Part shown: positions 9,814 to 19,440 of the stretch, in pieces
Numbering within the stretch: position 1 is the first letter of the stretch
Layout of the letters: the number at the start of each line of letters is the position of its first letter
Source of the DNA: an uncultured delta proteobacterium
GTDB taxonomy: Bacteria; Desulfobacterota; Binatia; UBA9968
Reading direction: 5' to 3'
Assembly (NCBI GenBank): GCA_963771465.1
Contig: CAVYTU010000016.1
Location: 32,001 to 96,000 of the forward strand
Length of the DNA: 64,000 nt
Notes under the pieces: model-generated
The model's database searches: none
What the model saw: only the letters and a program-made list of their open reading frames with translations
Told to the model about the DNA's origin: nothing
Translations under genes and position numbers: made by a program

Positions 9814-10030
9814 CTAACGGCCAAAGAGTTTCTTGATCCAGCCGGAGTCTTCGAGCTTCTTAATCAGGAAATTGTCGACCATCACCTTGGCGTCGAAGCG
9901 GGCTAAGTCGGGTTGGTCTTCGGTCATCATATTGGTTTGTTTCTGCAACTGGTTGACCGATGCGTAGGGTGGAATCTCCGTCCGATTCGCCAGGGTGTTC
10001 CAGGCTTCTTCGAGATGAACTTCCTCGGCG
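9814..10030 (-). pseudogene. C-terminal remnant of an NMT1/SsuA-like substrate-binding protein
   Basis: EEVHLEEAWNTL...IPPYAS...VDNFLIKKLEDSGWIKKLFGR* aligns by eye with the C-termini of neighbouring SBPs (LEETHRE...KPYPT...FVDSSFVKKVDDEGLFDRLYKR); upstream part non-homologous; 5' boundary approximate. Confidence 0.7.
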
Positions 10031-10320
10031 GTGCGAGATTGGAAAACATGCTCGTCGTAATCAAGAACGGCGGTGAGTTTATGGACTATTTCCCTCGTGG
10101 TTAGATTTTGGTCGCGCCGCGGTGGGCTATCCAGGATTTCGAAATCACCGCGATGACGTGCCGATTCGCAGAAACTGCCATCGCCCGCGTCGGTTAGATT
10201 TTGATGTTTGGCCGGCAATTTAGATTTCAAAATACTAGAAGCGTCCGACGCTTTTCGGCAGAACGCTGCATTCGTTGCAAGGCGACATAATCCGTGAAAC
10301 ATTAATGCGGGAAGAGAATC

Positions 10321-11502
10321 ATGCCGGTAAAAATTCTCGATAACATCACCGTCATCGAGTGCGCGACGTTTGTTACTGGGCCGTACGCGACTTCGCTGCT
10401 TGCCGATCTTGGCGCGCGGGTGATTAAGATCGAATCGGCGCCGGATGGCGATCCTTATCGCTATTTTGCGCCTGATCCGGTTTATAGTTTCAACTTTGCC
10501 CACTTGAATCGCAACAAAGAGAGTTTGGTGCTCGATTTGAAAGCACCGAAGGGTAAAGAGATTTGCTTGGGGCTGCTCAAGTCGGCGGATGTGTTCGTGG
10601 AAAATTTCCGGCCTGGAGCGGCACAGCGGCTTGGCCTTGGCTACGATGCGCTGCGCGAAGTCAACTCGAAGCTCGTTTATTGCTCGATTTCCGCTTTCGG
10701 CCAGACGGGACCGTACGCCGAGAAACCTGGCTTCGATACTTTGGGTCAGGCGATGAGCGGATTACTCAGTTTGCTCAGCGATCCGAACGATCCAAAAGTT
10801 ATGGGCATGGCGGTGTCGGATTACGTCACCGGACTTTCCGCAGCGTACGGCATTCTCGGTGCGCTGCTAGCGCGAGTCAATTCCGGCGTTGGCTGCCGCG
10901 TGGAAACGTCTCTCTTGCAGGCGACGTTGTCGTTCATCGGCGAGACCGCCGCGGGTTATCTGCGCACGGGCAACGTGCCCAATCGGCTGGCGCGGGTGAA
11001 GAATGCGCATGCCTTCGCGCTGGTTTGCCAAGACGGCAAGCCGCTGGCGATTCATTGTTCAGTCCCGAAGAAATTCTGGCTGGCGCTTTTGAAAGCGGTC
11101 GAGCGGACGGATATTGCTGCGGATGAACGGTTCAAGACCCGAGACGGTCGCCGGCAGAATTATGAACTCCTCGAACAGACTTTAGCGCCGACATTCAAAA
11201 CCAAGACGCGGGATGAGTGGCTAACGATTCTCGATGCCAACGATGTACCGGCGGTGCCGCTTTATAATGTTGCCGAGGTGCTCGACGATCCTCAGGTAAA
11301 GCATCTTGGACTGATGGAAGAGCTGGAACATCCGCAAGCGGGAAAGCTCAGCTTCGTCGGCGGGCCGGTGCGATACGATAATTTTGCCAGGGAAAACTCT
11401 TTGCCGCCGCCGCTCGTCGGCGAGCATAGCGCGAAAATTCTCCGCGAACTGGGATTTGACAGCGACGCCAGCAAAGTTCCGCAATCCCAGGGCGCTCGGT
11501 AG
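10321..11502 (+). CDS. CaiB/BaiF family III CoA transferase
   Basis: GPYATSLLADLGARVIKIE, NRNKESLVLDLK, DVFVENFRPG, SAFGQTGP, catalytic Asp region AVSDYVTG. Confidence 0.93.
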   Translation: MPVKILDNITVIECATFVTGPYATSLLADLGARVIKIESAPDGDPYRYFAPDPVYSFNFAHLNRNKESLVLDLKAPKGKEICLGLLKSADVFVENFRPGAAQRLGLGYDALREVNSKLVYCSISAFGQTGPYAEKPGFDTLGQAMSGLLSLLSDPNDPKVMGMAVSDYVTGLSAAYGILGALLARVNSGVGCRVETSLLQATLSFIGETAAGYLRTGNVPNRLARVKNAHAFALVCQDGKPLAIHCSVPKKFWLALLKAVERTDIAADERFKTRDGRRQNYELLEQTLAPTFKTKTRDEWLTILDANDVPAVPLYNVAEVLDDPQVKHLGLMEELEHPQAGKLSFVGGPVRYDNFARENSLPPPLVGEHSAKILRELGFDSDASKVPQSQGAR

Positions 11503-11547
11503 TTGCTCGCGTTCCGTTGTCCAAAAAATATTCTCTCTTTCCATCCG

Positions 11548-12828
11548 ATGAAACGCGATATTTATTTGTTTGCATGGGTTTTGGTGCTGCTGGCGCTGCC
11601 GATGCGTGGCGCCTTCGGGGTTCAGCTCACGGCCGGTACACCGGAGATTTTCAAGCAATACTCCGAGCATGTGGTGAAAATCGAAGTCGTCGAGACTGCC
11701 TCCGCGGCGAAGGCGTCCATCGGCACGGGCTTTTTTGCCGACAAACTTGGCCGGATCGTCACCAACTACCATGTGATCTCTAAATTAGTTCACTCGCCGG
11801 AACGTTATCGTATCGTGCTCACCGACGTGGCCGGACAAACGAGTGCGGCAAGCGTGCTCGGCGTCGATGTAGTTTACGATCTGGCAATACTGCGCCCCGA
11901 TCGACGGCCCAAGGGATTTCTCGCCTTGGAGTCCAAGCCGGTGGAGCAAGGCACGCGGCTCTACTCGCTCGGCCATCCACGCGATCTCGGCTTGACGATC
12001 GTCGAGGGCACGCACAACGGCCTGCTCAAGCATACGCTATATCCCAAAGTTCATTTCACCGGTTCGCTCAATCCCGGCATGAGCGGCGGGCCGACGTTGA
12101 CGCAATCCGGCCAAGTCATCGGCGTCAACGTCGCCACCGAAGGCAACCAGATTAGTTTCCTCGTGCCGGCGGAGCGCGCTGTGGCTTTGCTTGAAAAAAC
12201 GTCGAGTACGGCGAATCCCGCCGCGGCGAGTTTCCTCGCTGACGTTGGCCGCCAGATTCACGCCAATCAGACGCGCTATCTGGAAGGCATGTTCGGCGCC
12301 AACACGCCGAGAGTTGAATTGGGCCCCTACGATTTACCGACCAAGCCGACCGAGTTTTTTCGTTGTTGGGCCGACGCCTTGCGACGTAAAGAACTGCCCT
12401 ATGTATCGATAAGCCACGATTGCTCGACCGACGATTACATCTTCGTTTCGAGCGAGCAATCTTCCGGGATCGTCCGCTTCTTTCACCAATTTCTGTCGAC
12501 GGAAGAACTCAATCCGCTGCGCTTCTTCACGCTTTACTCGGCGCAGTTCCAAGCGGGCAACGCGGTGATGTTCGGCAATGAAGAAGAAGTCACGCCGTTT
12601 CGCTGTCAGACGCGCAACGTCAACGCCGCCAAGGGCAAGCTCAAAGCGGTCTTATGCGCGCGCCAATATCTGAAACTGCCGGGGTTGTACGACGCCGTGT
12701 TCAAGGTGGCGACCCTCGGCGGGCGCAACGCCGGTTTGGTGTCGACTTTAAGTCTGTCCGGTGTGAGCTTCGATAACGTGCAGAGCGTGAGCCGGCGCTA
12801 TATGGAGAACATCAAGTGGCAGCGCTAG
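11548..12828 (+). CDS. Secreted trypsin-like (S1) serine protease with Cys-rich C-terminal domain
   Basis: Signal peptide; triad TNYHV / DLAIL / NPGMSGGP; no PDZ domain, four Cys in the C-terminal extension. Confidence 0.88.
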   Translation: MKRDIYLFAWVLVLLALPMRGAFGVQLTAGTPEIFKQYSEHVVKIEVVETASAAKASIGTGFFADKLGRIVTNYHVISKLVHSPERYRIVLTDVAGQTSAASVLGVDVVYDLAILRPDRRPKGFLALESKPVEQGTRLYSLGHPRDLGLTIVEGTHNGLLKHTLYPKVHFTGSLNPGMSGGPTLTQSGQVIGVNVATEGNQISFLVPAERAVALLEKTSSTANPAAASFLADVGRQIHANQTRYLEGMFGANTPRVELGPYDLPTKPTEFFRCWADALRRKELPYVSISHDCSTDDYIFVSSEQSSGIVRFFHQFLSTEELNPLRFFTLYSAQFQAGNAVMFGNEEEVTPFRCQTRNVNAAKGKLKAVLCARQYLKLPGLYDAVFKVATLGGRNAGLVSTLSLSGVSFDNVQSVSRRYMENIKWQR

Positions 12829-13790
12829 GCTACATTGAAATCCTCGACGTCAAAGGCAATGCGATCGAACGCCATGGGATCGAATCGTTTCCCGTCAGCA
12901 TCGGCCGCGCCTATACGAATCAAGTGATTGTCGGCGACCCCTATGTATGTCCGATGCATTTGACCATCGCGCCGGATGAACAGGGTCGTCTGATCGCGCG
13001 CGATTTGGACAGCGTCAATGGCTTGCGCGGCCAGGCAGGCGATCGAGTGGCGACGCTGGAAATTCAGTCCGGTTCCCAGTTTCGTATCGGCCGCACCTCG
13101 CTCAGATATTGCAGTGTCGATCATCCCTTGGCGCCGACGGCAGTCGACGGCATCGAGCTGGTTTCGCGCTTGACGTCGCCCTTTGCGGCCGTTGCCGCTG
13201 GAGCGCTTGTCTTGATGGCGCTTTGTCTGGAGTCGTTTTTGTCCAGCATCGAGCGCGCTAAGGCGATCAACATCATCAGCGAGCCGTTGCCGATCATCGC
13301 CACCATGCTTGGTTGGGCCGGCCTGTGGTCGTTGGCTAGCCGGATCGTCGTCAGCCACTTTAACTTTGCGCCGCACGCGACGATCGCCTGCGTGGCGCTG
13401 CTGGGCACGAGTTTGCTCGGAATAGGGTCGGAGTGGCTAGAGTTTTTCTTCCCCGCGATTCCGATGCTTTGGCTCCTGGGACTTCTGGGGTATGGCCTCG
13501 TCCTTGCCGGCTTAGTTTATGGTCATCTTGGTTTCGCTTCGTTCATGCGATCGCGCGCGCGGCTGCGGGCGGCGTTGGCGGTCAGCATCGCCGTGATCGG
13601 TATGAACACGATCTCGTACTTCGCGGCTCGCAGTAGGTTTTCCACCGTCATGGAATACACCGGCGTCTTGAAACCGGTTGACGCGTCGCTGCTGCCGGCG
13701 ACTTCGGTGGATCAGTTCATCGCCGGTAGTCAAAAGATTAAAAGCGAACTGGAAGGATTGGCGCTCAAGGCCAAGGTGTCACAACCTTAA
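12816..13790 (+). CDS. FHA domain-containing membrane protein
   Basis: IGRAYTN, DPYVCPMH, DLDSVNG FHA motifs followed by about five TM helices; overlaps the protease stop. Confidence 0.85.
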   Translation: MAALGYIEILDVKGNAIERHGIESFPVSIGRAYTNQVIVGDPYVCPMHLTIAPDEQGRLIARDLDSVNGLRGQAGDRVATLEIQSGSQFRIGRTSLRYCSVDHPLAPTAVDGIELVSRLTSPFAAVAAGALVLMALCLESFLSSIERAKAINIISEPLPIIATMLGWAGLWSLASRIVVSHFNFAPHATIACVALLGTSLLGIGSEWLEFFFPAIPMLWLLGLLGYGLVLAGLVYGHLGFASFMRSRARLRAALAVSIAVIGMNTISYFAARSRFSTVMEYTGVLKPVDASLLPATSVDQFIAGSQKIKSELEGLALKAKVSQP

Positions 13791-13890
13791 CGGAACGTTG
13801 CCGGCTCGATTCGCCATTTACGGTTTGACTTAAGCAGGTCGGCTAGCTAGTTTACGGCTCGTTCAAGTTTTCATCCTTCAAGATTCAACC

Positions 13891-14910
13891 ATGTCGAAGG
13901 GACGAGATATGATTTTTGACGTTGAGATCAATTCTGCCGCGCATTATCCCGCGGCCGATGTGCCGGGCCTGATCGAGCTGGCTGAGCAGGTCGGTTTCGG
14001 CGCGTTCTGGAAAGGCGAATCGAACAGCACCGATCCGTTCGTGATGCTCTCGGCGGTGGCGAGCCGAACCAAAGAGATCAAGCTCGGCACGGCGATCTAT
14101 CATATTTATGGCCGCAGCCCGGTGACGCTCGGCATTCAGTCCGCGACGCTTCAGGATCTATCCGGTGGCCGTCTGCTGCTGGGTCTCGGTGTCGCTAACA
14201 AGGCGATCGCCGGCTGGCATGGTGGCGTTTTCGATCGTCCGCTCAAGCGCGCGCGCGAATATATCGATGTGGTCCGCAAAGTCGCCGCCGGCGAGCGCGT
14301 GGAGTATGAAGGCGAGATTTACAATACCGGCAAGCGCTTCCAACTATCTTGGAAGCCAAGTTATCCCAACGTGCCGGTGTATCTTGCCGGCTTGGGGCCG
14401 CAGATGACCAAGCTGGTGGGAAAAATTTCCGACGGCGTGTTTATCAACATGGCGACCCCGGCCAAGGTGAAAGAGATCGCGGCGCGGGTGCGCGAGGGCG
14501 CCGTCGAAGCGGGCCGCGATCCGAGTAAAATTGAGATCATCGCCAAATCGCGAGTGTCGCTCAATCCCGACAAAAACGCCGCGCGCGCCAAGCTGCGCCA
14601 AGTGCTGACGTTTTACAACATCGCCGATCATTACAGCGACATGTTGCGCGGCATGGGTTTCGATAAAGAAGTAAGCGCGATCCACGAAGCGTTTCAAAAA
14701 GGTGGTTTCAAAGCGGCCATGGGCGCGCTGACCGATGAATATATGGACAAACTGCCCGTCGTGCCCGCCAGCGACGTTCGCGAGATCAAAGACAAGATGA
14801 AAGCCTTCGAAGAAGCCGGCGTGACGCGCATGGTGATTCCTTACGTGCCGGTGACCGAGCCGGTGGTCGACGATGCCCGGCGATTTTTCGAGGCGTGGGG
14901 AAATTCATAG
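13891..14910 (+). CDS. LLM-class oxidoreductase (Mer-like, possibly F420-dependent)
   Basis: WKGE, DPFVMLSAVASRT, SGGRLLLGLG, PVYLAGLGPQMTKLVGKISDG. Confidence 0.88.
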   Translation: MSKGRDMIFDVEINSAAHYPAADVPGLIELAEQVGFGAFWKGESNSTDPFVMLSAVASRTKEIKLGTAIYHIYGRSPVTLGIQSATLQDLSGGRLLLGLGVANKAIAGWHGGVFDRPLKRAREYIDVVRKVAAGERVEYEGEIYNTGKRFQLSWKPSYPNVPVYLAGLGPQMTKLVGKISDGVFINMATPAKVKEIAARVREGAVEAGRDPSKIEIIAKSRVSLNPDKNAARAKLRQVLTFYNIADHYSDMLRGMGFDKEVSAIHEAFQKGGFKAAMGALTDEYMDKLPVVPASDVREIKDKMKAFEEAGVTRMVIPYVPVTEPVVDDARRFFEAWGNS

Positions 14911-14962
14911 ACGTGGCTCGTGTTCGTGGCAATCGATCACGAGCACGAACACGATGCACGAT
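14911..14962. repeat. Inverted hexamer array (TCGTG / CACGA)
   Basis: acgtgg-ctcgtg-ttcgtg ... cacgag-cacgaa-cacgat right after the stop codon. Confidence 0.6.
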
Positions 14963-15018
14963 CAGTGATAGAGCATCGCTGCAATTAGCGATCAAAGACG
15001 AACTACAAGGAGGAGACG

Positions 15019-16035
15019 ATGTGTGATTTTGCCGCCGACGGGAAGGCCGCCGAAGAATTGATGTTGGGACGTACGTTGACCGTAGCGCGAGCGCGCGAGC
15101 TCAATGCCAAGGATTACTTCTATCAGATGCTAAAGGACAACCCGGAGATGCTCAAAATCTATCCGGGGATCGAGAACGAACTGCTCGACGGCGCCATCGA
15201 TTGCCATATTCACGCTTTCCCCGATTTCGTCCATCGCTCCCAGGATATGATCCAGATCGCCATCGAGGCTTCCAAGTGCGGCATGCGCGCCATTGCCTTC
15301 AAAGATCACTGGAACATCAGCGCCACGTCGGCCTACCTCACCCAACGCCATATCGATGACATGATCACCCGCGGCGAGCTCACGCACCGCGTCGAAGTGT
15401 ACGGCGGCGTCGGCATGTGTTTCGGCATGCGCCCAGACTACGTCCGCGTCGGCCTGCAATATCCCAACTTCAAAATGATTTGGTTTCCGTCGTTTACTTC
15501 CTACGGATTTTGGCGCAGTGCCGGCCACCCGGATCATGAAGGCGTGCGCTTGTGCAGCGAAGACGGCAAAGTATTGCCGGAAGTGAAACAGATCATGGAA
15601 ATGGCCGCCGAAAAGAAAGTCGGCATCGGCTTCGGCCACACCGATTTCGAAGAATTACTGCCGTTGGCCCAGTTGGCCAAAGAGATCGGCAATCGCGCGA
15701 CCCTCGACCATCCTTTGCTCGAATTGAACAAACTGCTGCTCGACGAGATGAAGCAGTTACGCGATCTCGGCGTTTACGTCGGCACCTATTGCCAGCCGAT
15801 GATTCCGAGTTTGTATCAGCCGGTCGCCGATCCGATGGAAACCATCCGCACGATCAAAGAAATCGGCCCCGACCGCTGCATCATCGGCAGCGACTTCGGC
15901 CAGGTATTGCACATGGATGCCATCGACGGCATGCGCGTGTTCCTGCGCGCATTGTTAGGCTTCGGTATCAAGCCGGAAGAAGTGAAACTGATGCTAAAGG
16001 ACAACCCGGCTAAACTGATGTGGTTGGATGATTAG
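15019..16035 (+). CDS. Amidohydrolase-superfamily TIM-barrel protein (DUF6282-like)
   Basis: AIDCHIHAFPD, AFKDH, GFGH, LDHP, IGSDFGQ, NPAKL; AAGGAGG RBS. Confidence 0.82.
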   Translation: MCDFAADGKAAEELMLGRTLTVARARELNAKDYFYQMLKDNPEMLKIYPGIENELLDGAIDCHIHAFPDFVHRSQDMIQIAIEASKCGMRAIAFKDHWNISATSAYLTQRHIDDMITRGELTHRVEVYGGVGMCFGMRPDYVRVGLQYPNFKMIWFPSFTSYGFWRSAGHPDHEGVRLCSEDGKVLPEVKQIMEMAAEKKVGIGFGHTDFEELLPLAQLAKEIGNRATLDHPLLELNKLLLDEMKQLRDLGVYVGTYCQPMIPSLYQPVADPMETIRTIKEIGPDRCIIGSDFGQVLHMDAIDGMRVFLRALLGFGIKPEEVKLMLKDNPAKLMWLDD

Positions 16036-16092
16036 CAGCCGATAGGCGTCACGCAATCGTAGACCGTCATACGCTGCGCCTGACATTTTCTC

Positions 16093-16839
16093 TCAAGCAT
16101 TGATCGCCAACGCTACCTCTTGGTCGACGTGTTGATCGATTTCGGAAAAGCGTTCGTAAGCTACCGGCGTGCAGAACGATTCAAAGAGTTCCGGTGATTG
16201 ACGCGCCATCTGAACGTAGCCGGTTTCAAAGTTATGGTGGTAGGGTCGCCGCCAGCCGCGGTGTTGGCACAGGTCTCCGACCGGGTCAATTCCCATCCCT
16301 AGATGTCGTAGAATTCGCGCCAACGGATCGTTGATCAGAAAATAGCAGTTCACGATGCCGCGTTCCAAGCTATAGGTCCGAGCCGCTCTTATGAGCCCCA
16401 CCGTCATTACGGATGCGTGCAGCACTCGATAATGTTTTGAATTGGACTCGCAGTGCACATTTCGCGGCCCAGAACTACCGTTTGATTGCGGTCGGCGCTT
16501 GTCAGGAAGTATTGCGCATAACCGCGATGCCTCGGCAACCTTTACCGTACCTACCGCGGCAATATTTGCAGTGTCTATGGCGGCTATGTTGCTGATGGGT
16601 AAGTTATGGGCTTGGCCGACGATTAGTCGCATGCCACCCATCCAATGGCCCGTCGTGCGCGAGCGCACGAGAAAATGTGCCGACGAATCGTCGTGCTGGT
16701 CTCTTTCTTCTTTATCTGGAAAAAATTTTGGATCTTCGAAGCGTTCTCTTAAGCAGTAAACGTAATAGCGGAGTTGGAAGTGAATGCTTTTCCCTTCATC
16801 AGTGTCTGCTAAGTAATAACGATATTCTGTATCCAGCAC
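16093..16839 (-). CDS. PEP-CTERM/exosortase system-associated acyltransferase (GNAT fold, acyl-amino acid synthase-like)
   Basis: LADT, FQLRYYVYCL, E.DQHDDSSAHFLV, GGMRLI, AEASRL, LARIL, HRGWRRPY. Confidence 0.8.
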   Translation of the reverse strand: MLDTEYRYYLADTDEGKSIHFQLRYYVYCLRERFEDPKFFPDKEERDQHDDSSAHFLVRSRTTGHWMGGMRLIVGQAHNLPISNIAAIDTANIAAVGTVKVAEASRLCAILPDKRRPQSNGSSGPRNVHCESNSKHYRVLHASVMTVGLIRAARTYSLERGIVNCYFLINDPLARILRHLGMGIDPVGDLCQHRGWRRPYHHNFETGYVQMARQSPELFESFCTPVAYERFSEIDQHVDQEVALAINA

Positions 16840-16999
16840 TGAATATACCCCCTAGCAATTTTGAGTTTTGAAATTCTACACTGGTTTTGAAGACATGGTA
16901 CTCGCCCGATAGTAGTAAACTTTATTCTCCTCGGCGCGAACCGATCGGATGTTTTTTGTTACAGAAGCGACTCTATGATCATCGCCCGTCTCAAATCAG

Positions 17000-17016
17000 A
17001 GCGAGATTCATGCCAA
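17000..17016 (-). promoter_or_regulatory. Sigma-54 (-24/-12) promoter candidate for the acyltransferase
   Basis: Minus strand TTGGCATGAATCTCGCT, GG-N10-GC spacing, about 160 bp upstream of the start. Confidence 0.55.
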
Positions 17017-17665
17017 GAATTTAGCTAATGAAATTTTTTCTTCGCACTCTCACAGTGTGCCCATGTGACTAGAGTCATTCACATCGATCGAGTGCAGAGA
17101 ACACAGGAGGACACATGCACTCGGAAGGGTGTGGAATTCTAGCTGTACGGGCAAAGACATCCAGCGACGATACAGAGCGTGTGTTGTTTTTAGAAGCGAC
17201 CCTTAAGAATACCCAGAGACAAAATAACCAAGCGGCTCCGGATCTTCACTCCAATGGTTGTTACCTTGCAATTGATTTCCGGTTTCCTGTGCGCTTACTC
17301 GGCTGCCTGCAGAACTACACTAGAAGTACACCGATTCCAGTTAAAATGGCAATAATCGACAGCGAAAAAAGAGGATCGATGCCGAAAATTAACGTGGCGA
17401 TCTTCAAGTTACCGTACGCTCCGTACTAATTCGTGCATCACCCGCAGCAAATTTCCGCCCCAGAGTTTTGCAATCTGCGTCTCTCAATAGCCACGGCGTC
17501 GCCGTCGAAGTGGAAGTAGTCCCCACGCGATCGATGCCTCAACCCTGAGAGTAATTGGCAGGGGCGTAGAGATAGATTGATTCATTGGTACTCGCTGAAG
17601 CGGTTGCGCAACTCTATAAGAGGAAACAAATGATTAGCGACGCGTGGTGGGTGGCGCTCAAGCGA

Positions 17666-17977
17666 TCAAACGTATTTCTTGACCGCGTTCTCGATGGCGC
17701 CGCCGGCCTTGGCTAGATCGTCCGGTGTCATCACCGGATGAATCTCGATGCTTGCATTGAATGCAAGAAACCACGGCTCAGCGATGGCTGGGATTTGAGA
17801 AGCATCTTGCATGTCGAGAACGATGAACGCCGTTCGCTGGCCGTTGCTGTCGGTAAAATAGACGGCCTCCGGCTTCAAATCTGCCAAAATGGATTGAATA
17901 GTCGCACCGAGCTTTCCTGCCTTCGCCGCAGCATTGCCGGACTCAACGGGAATGTTGACCTTCAGTAAAAATCGCAT
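17666..17977 (-). CDS. Small conserved hypothetical protein (GYD/DUF3303-like alpha+beta barrel)
   Basis: MRFLLKV..P, KPEAVYF, G.RT, IPAIAEP, PVMTPDDL; AGGA RBS. Confidence 0.75.
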   Translation of the reverse strand: MRFLLKVNIPVESGNAAAKAGKLGATIQSILADLKPEAVYFTDSNGQRTAFIVLDMQDASQIPAIAEPWFLAFNASIEIHPVMTPDDLAKAGGAIENAVKKYV

Positions 17978-18066
17978 GGTTCATTTCCTGTGGGTTTAAT
18001 TTATTGGATTAAAGACAAGTCACGTGAGCTATCTATCACAGACTGCGCCAATTTGTGTGACGATGG

Positions 18067-18118
18067 CCGTGGAGTGCGGCAACCAAATCGAACCGCTTTG
18101 GGTCGAGCCACTCCACGG
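18067..18118. repeat. Inverted repeat hairpin
   Basis: CCGTGGAGTG ... CACTCCACGG perfect 10-bp arms. Confidence 0.55.
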
Positions 18119-18267
18119 TTTCGGCAACCATCTCGCCATTCCAATTCTATTCGTCTCCACCGGAACGCTGCGCAAGCGCACTTTACAAGGCTAACTGCGT
18201 TCCTGTCGCAACTCCCACGCCATGAGCTGGGCTTTGTCCATGATGCTAAAGCGGATGAGTTTGGCCG

Positions 18268-19290
18268 TCACGTTGAATGACTCGCTGGCGTCGTTCTAAC
18301 CGACGACAACGCCGCCACCGTCGAAGTCGGATGTGCCGTCGTATCGATAAAGAGTTGTTCCAGCGCCATCTTCCTGCCGATAAGCCCTTGCTCATAGGAG
18401 TACTGCATCAAAGTCTCAACGTTCTTTCGGTTGGCTTCGCCGAGCCCGTAAACCCAAGGATCGCTGCCGAAGATTTCTTCTTGCTCTTCGACAAATGAAC
18501 GGAACCACGCTAACGGGACGATTCTTGGGTTCTCCATGCGTTTGTAGGCGAGCTTTTTCGACTCCTCGAAGGCTTGCATCAAGCTCGCCGGCACCCAGGG
18601 GTGTTTATCGACGATCTCCTGTTTAATCGCCGTGGTGTGCATGATCGGGAAGATGCCGGTGCGTTTGAAGTAAGCGATTTCTAAATCGCGATAGTTGCGA
18701 AAGAGTCGGCGCACGCGCGGGTCTTTGGTTGCGATCGGCCGGATGACCTCCGGATCGATTATGGCGTCGAGTTCGGCGGCGAGGAGCATGTCGACGATGT
18801 TCTTGCCTGCGGGAATCTTTTGAATGCTTAATCCCGGCGGTGATTGCCAAGGGATTTTTTCTTCTACTGCCTTGAACCAGTGAACTTGGTTATGAGGCAC
18901 GTCGAATTCATGCTCCAGGATGCCGCGCATCCACAGATTCGCGGTGGCGTGATAACCCCCGACGCCGACGTTTTTGCCGAGCAGATCCGTGGCTTTGTTT
19001 ATTCCCTTTGCCGTGTTCACGAAGACAAATCCGTGGCGAAAGCGGCGATGGAGAAATACCGGGATGGCAATGAACGGCAGGCCATTGTCTTGGGCGACCA
19101 GGTAATTCGACATCGAGAGTTCGGCAATGTCGAAGTGCCGGTCGCGCAGCATGCGCGCGTGACGCACCTCGGCGGTCATGTCCGTCAAGATCGTCAGCTC
19201 GATGCCCTCAGGCTTAACGATCCCCTCTTTCAACGCGCGAATGCTTTCGTAATCGCCGGCGGCGAGGGTTAATTGTAATTTGGCGTTCAT
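18268..19290 (-). CDS. 4,5-dihydroxyphthalate decarboxylase-like protein (periplasmic-binding-protein fold, no signal peptide)
   Basis: LTLAAGDY, FDIAELSMSNY, IPVFLHRRFRH, WMRGIL, TGIFPIMH, DPWVYG. Confidence 0.82.
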   Translation of the reverse strand: MNAKLQLTLAAGDYESIRALKEGIVKPEGIELTILTDMTAEVRHARMLRDRHFDIAELSMSNYLVAQDNGLPFIAIPVFLHRRFRHGFVFVNTAKGINKATDLLGKNVGVGGYHATANLWMRGILEHEFDVPHNQVHWFKAVEEKIPWQSPPGLSIQKIPAGKNIVDMLLAAELDAIIDPEVIRPIATKDPRVRRLFRNYRDLEIAYFKRTGIFPIMHTTAIKQEIVDKHPWVPASLMQAFEESKKLAYKRMENPRIVPLAWFRSFVEEQEEIFGSDPWVYGLGEANRKNVETLMQYSYEQGLIGRKMALEQLFIDTTAHPTSTVAALSSVRTTPASHST

Positions 19291-19440
19291 TCGGCTGTGT
19301 CGAACATGCTTATTTGATCAGACCAAACTCTAGTCTAAACTGTCGAACGGCTCAATGCGTTCAGTTCGGCAGTCGAAAACCTTTGGCGAAATGAATGGGA
19401 ATTGTAGGATGGCGTGACAAAGGACGCCATATCGATCGAG

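Noticed and set aside
9814-10503. 229-aa ORF as a full gene
   Set aside because: The N-terminal part is antisense to the CoA transferase and its upstream region; only the last 70 or so codons look protein-like
17115-17429. 104-aa ORF with AGGAGG upstream
   Set aside because: RBS spacing is only 4 nt, composition is atypical and no motif is recognisable; not excluded but unsupported
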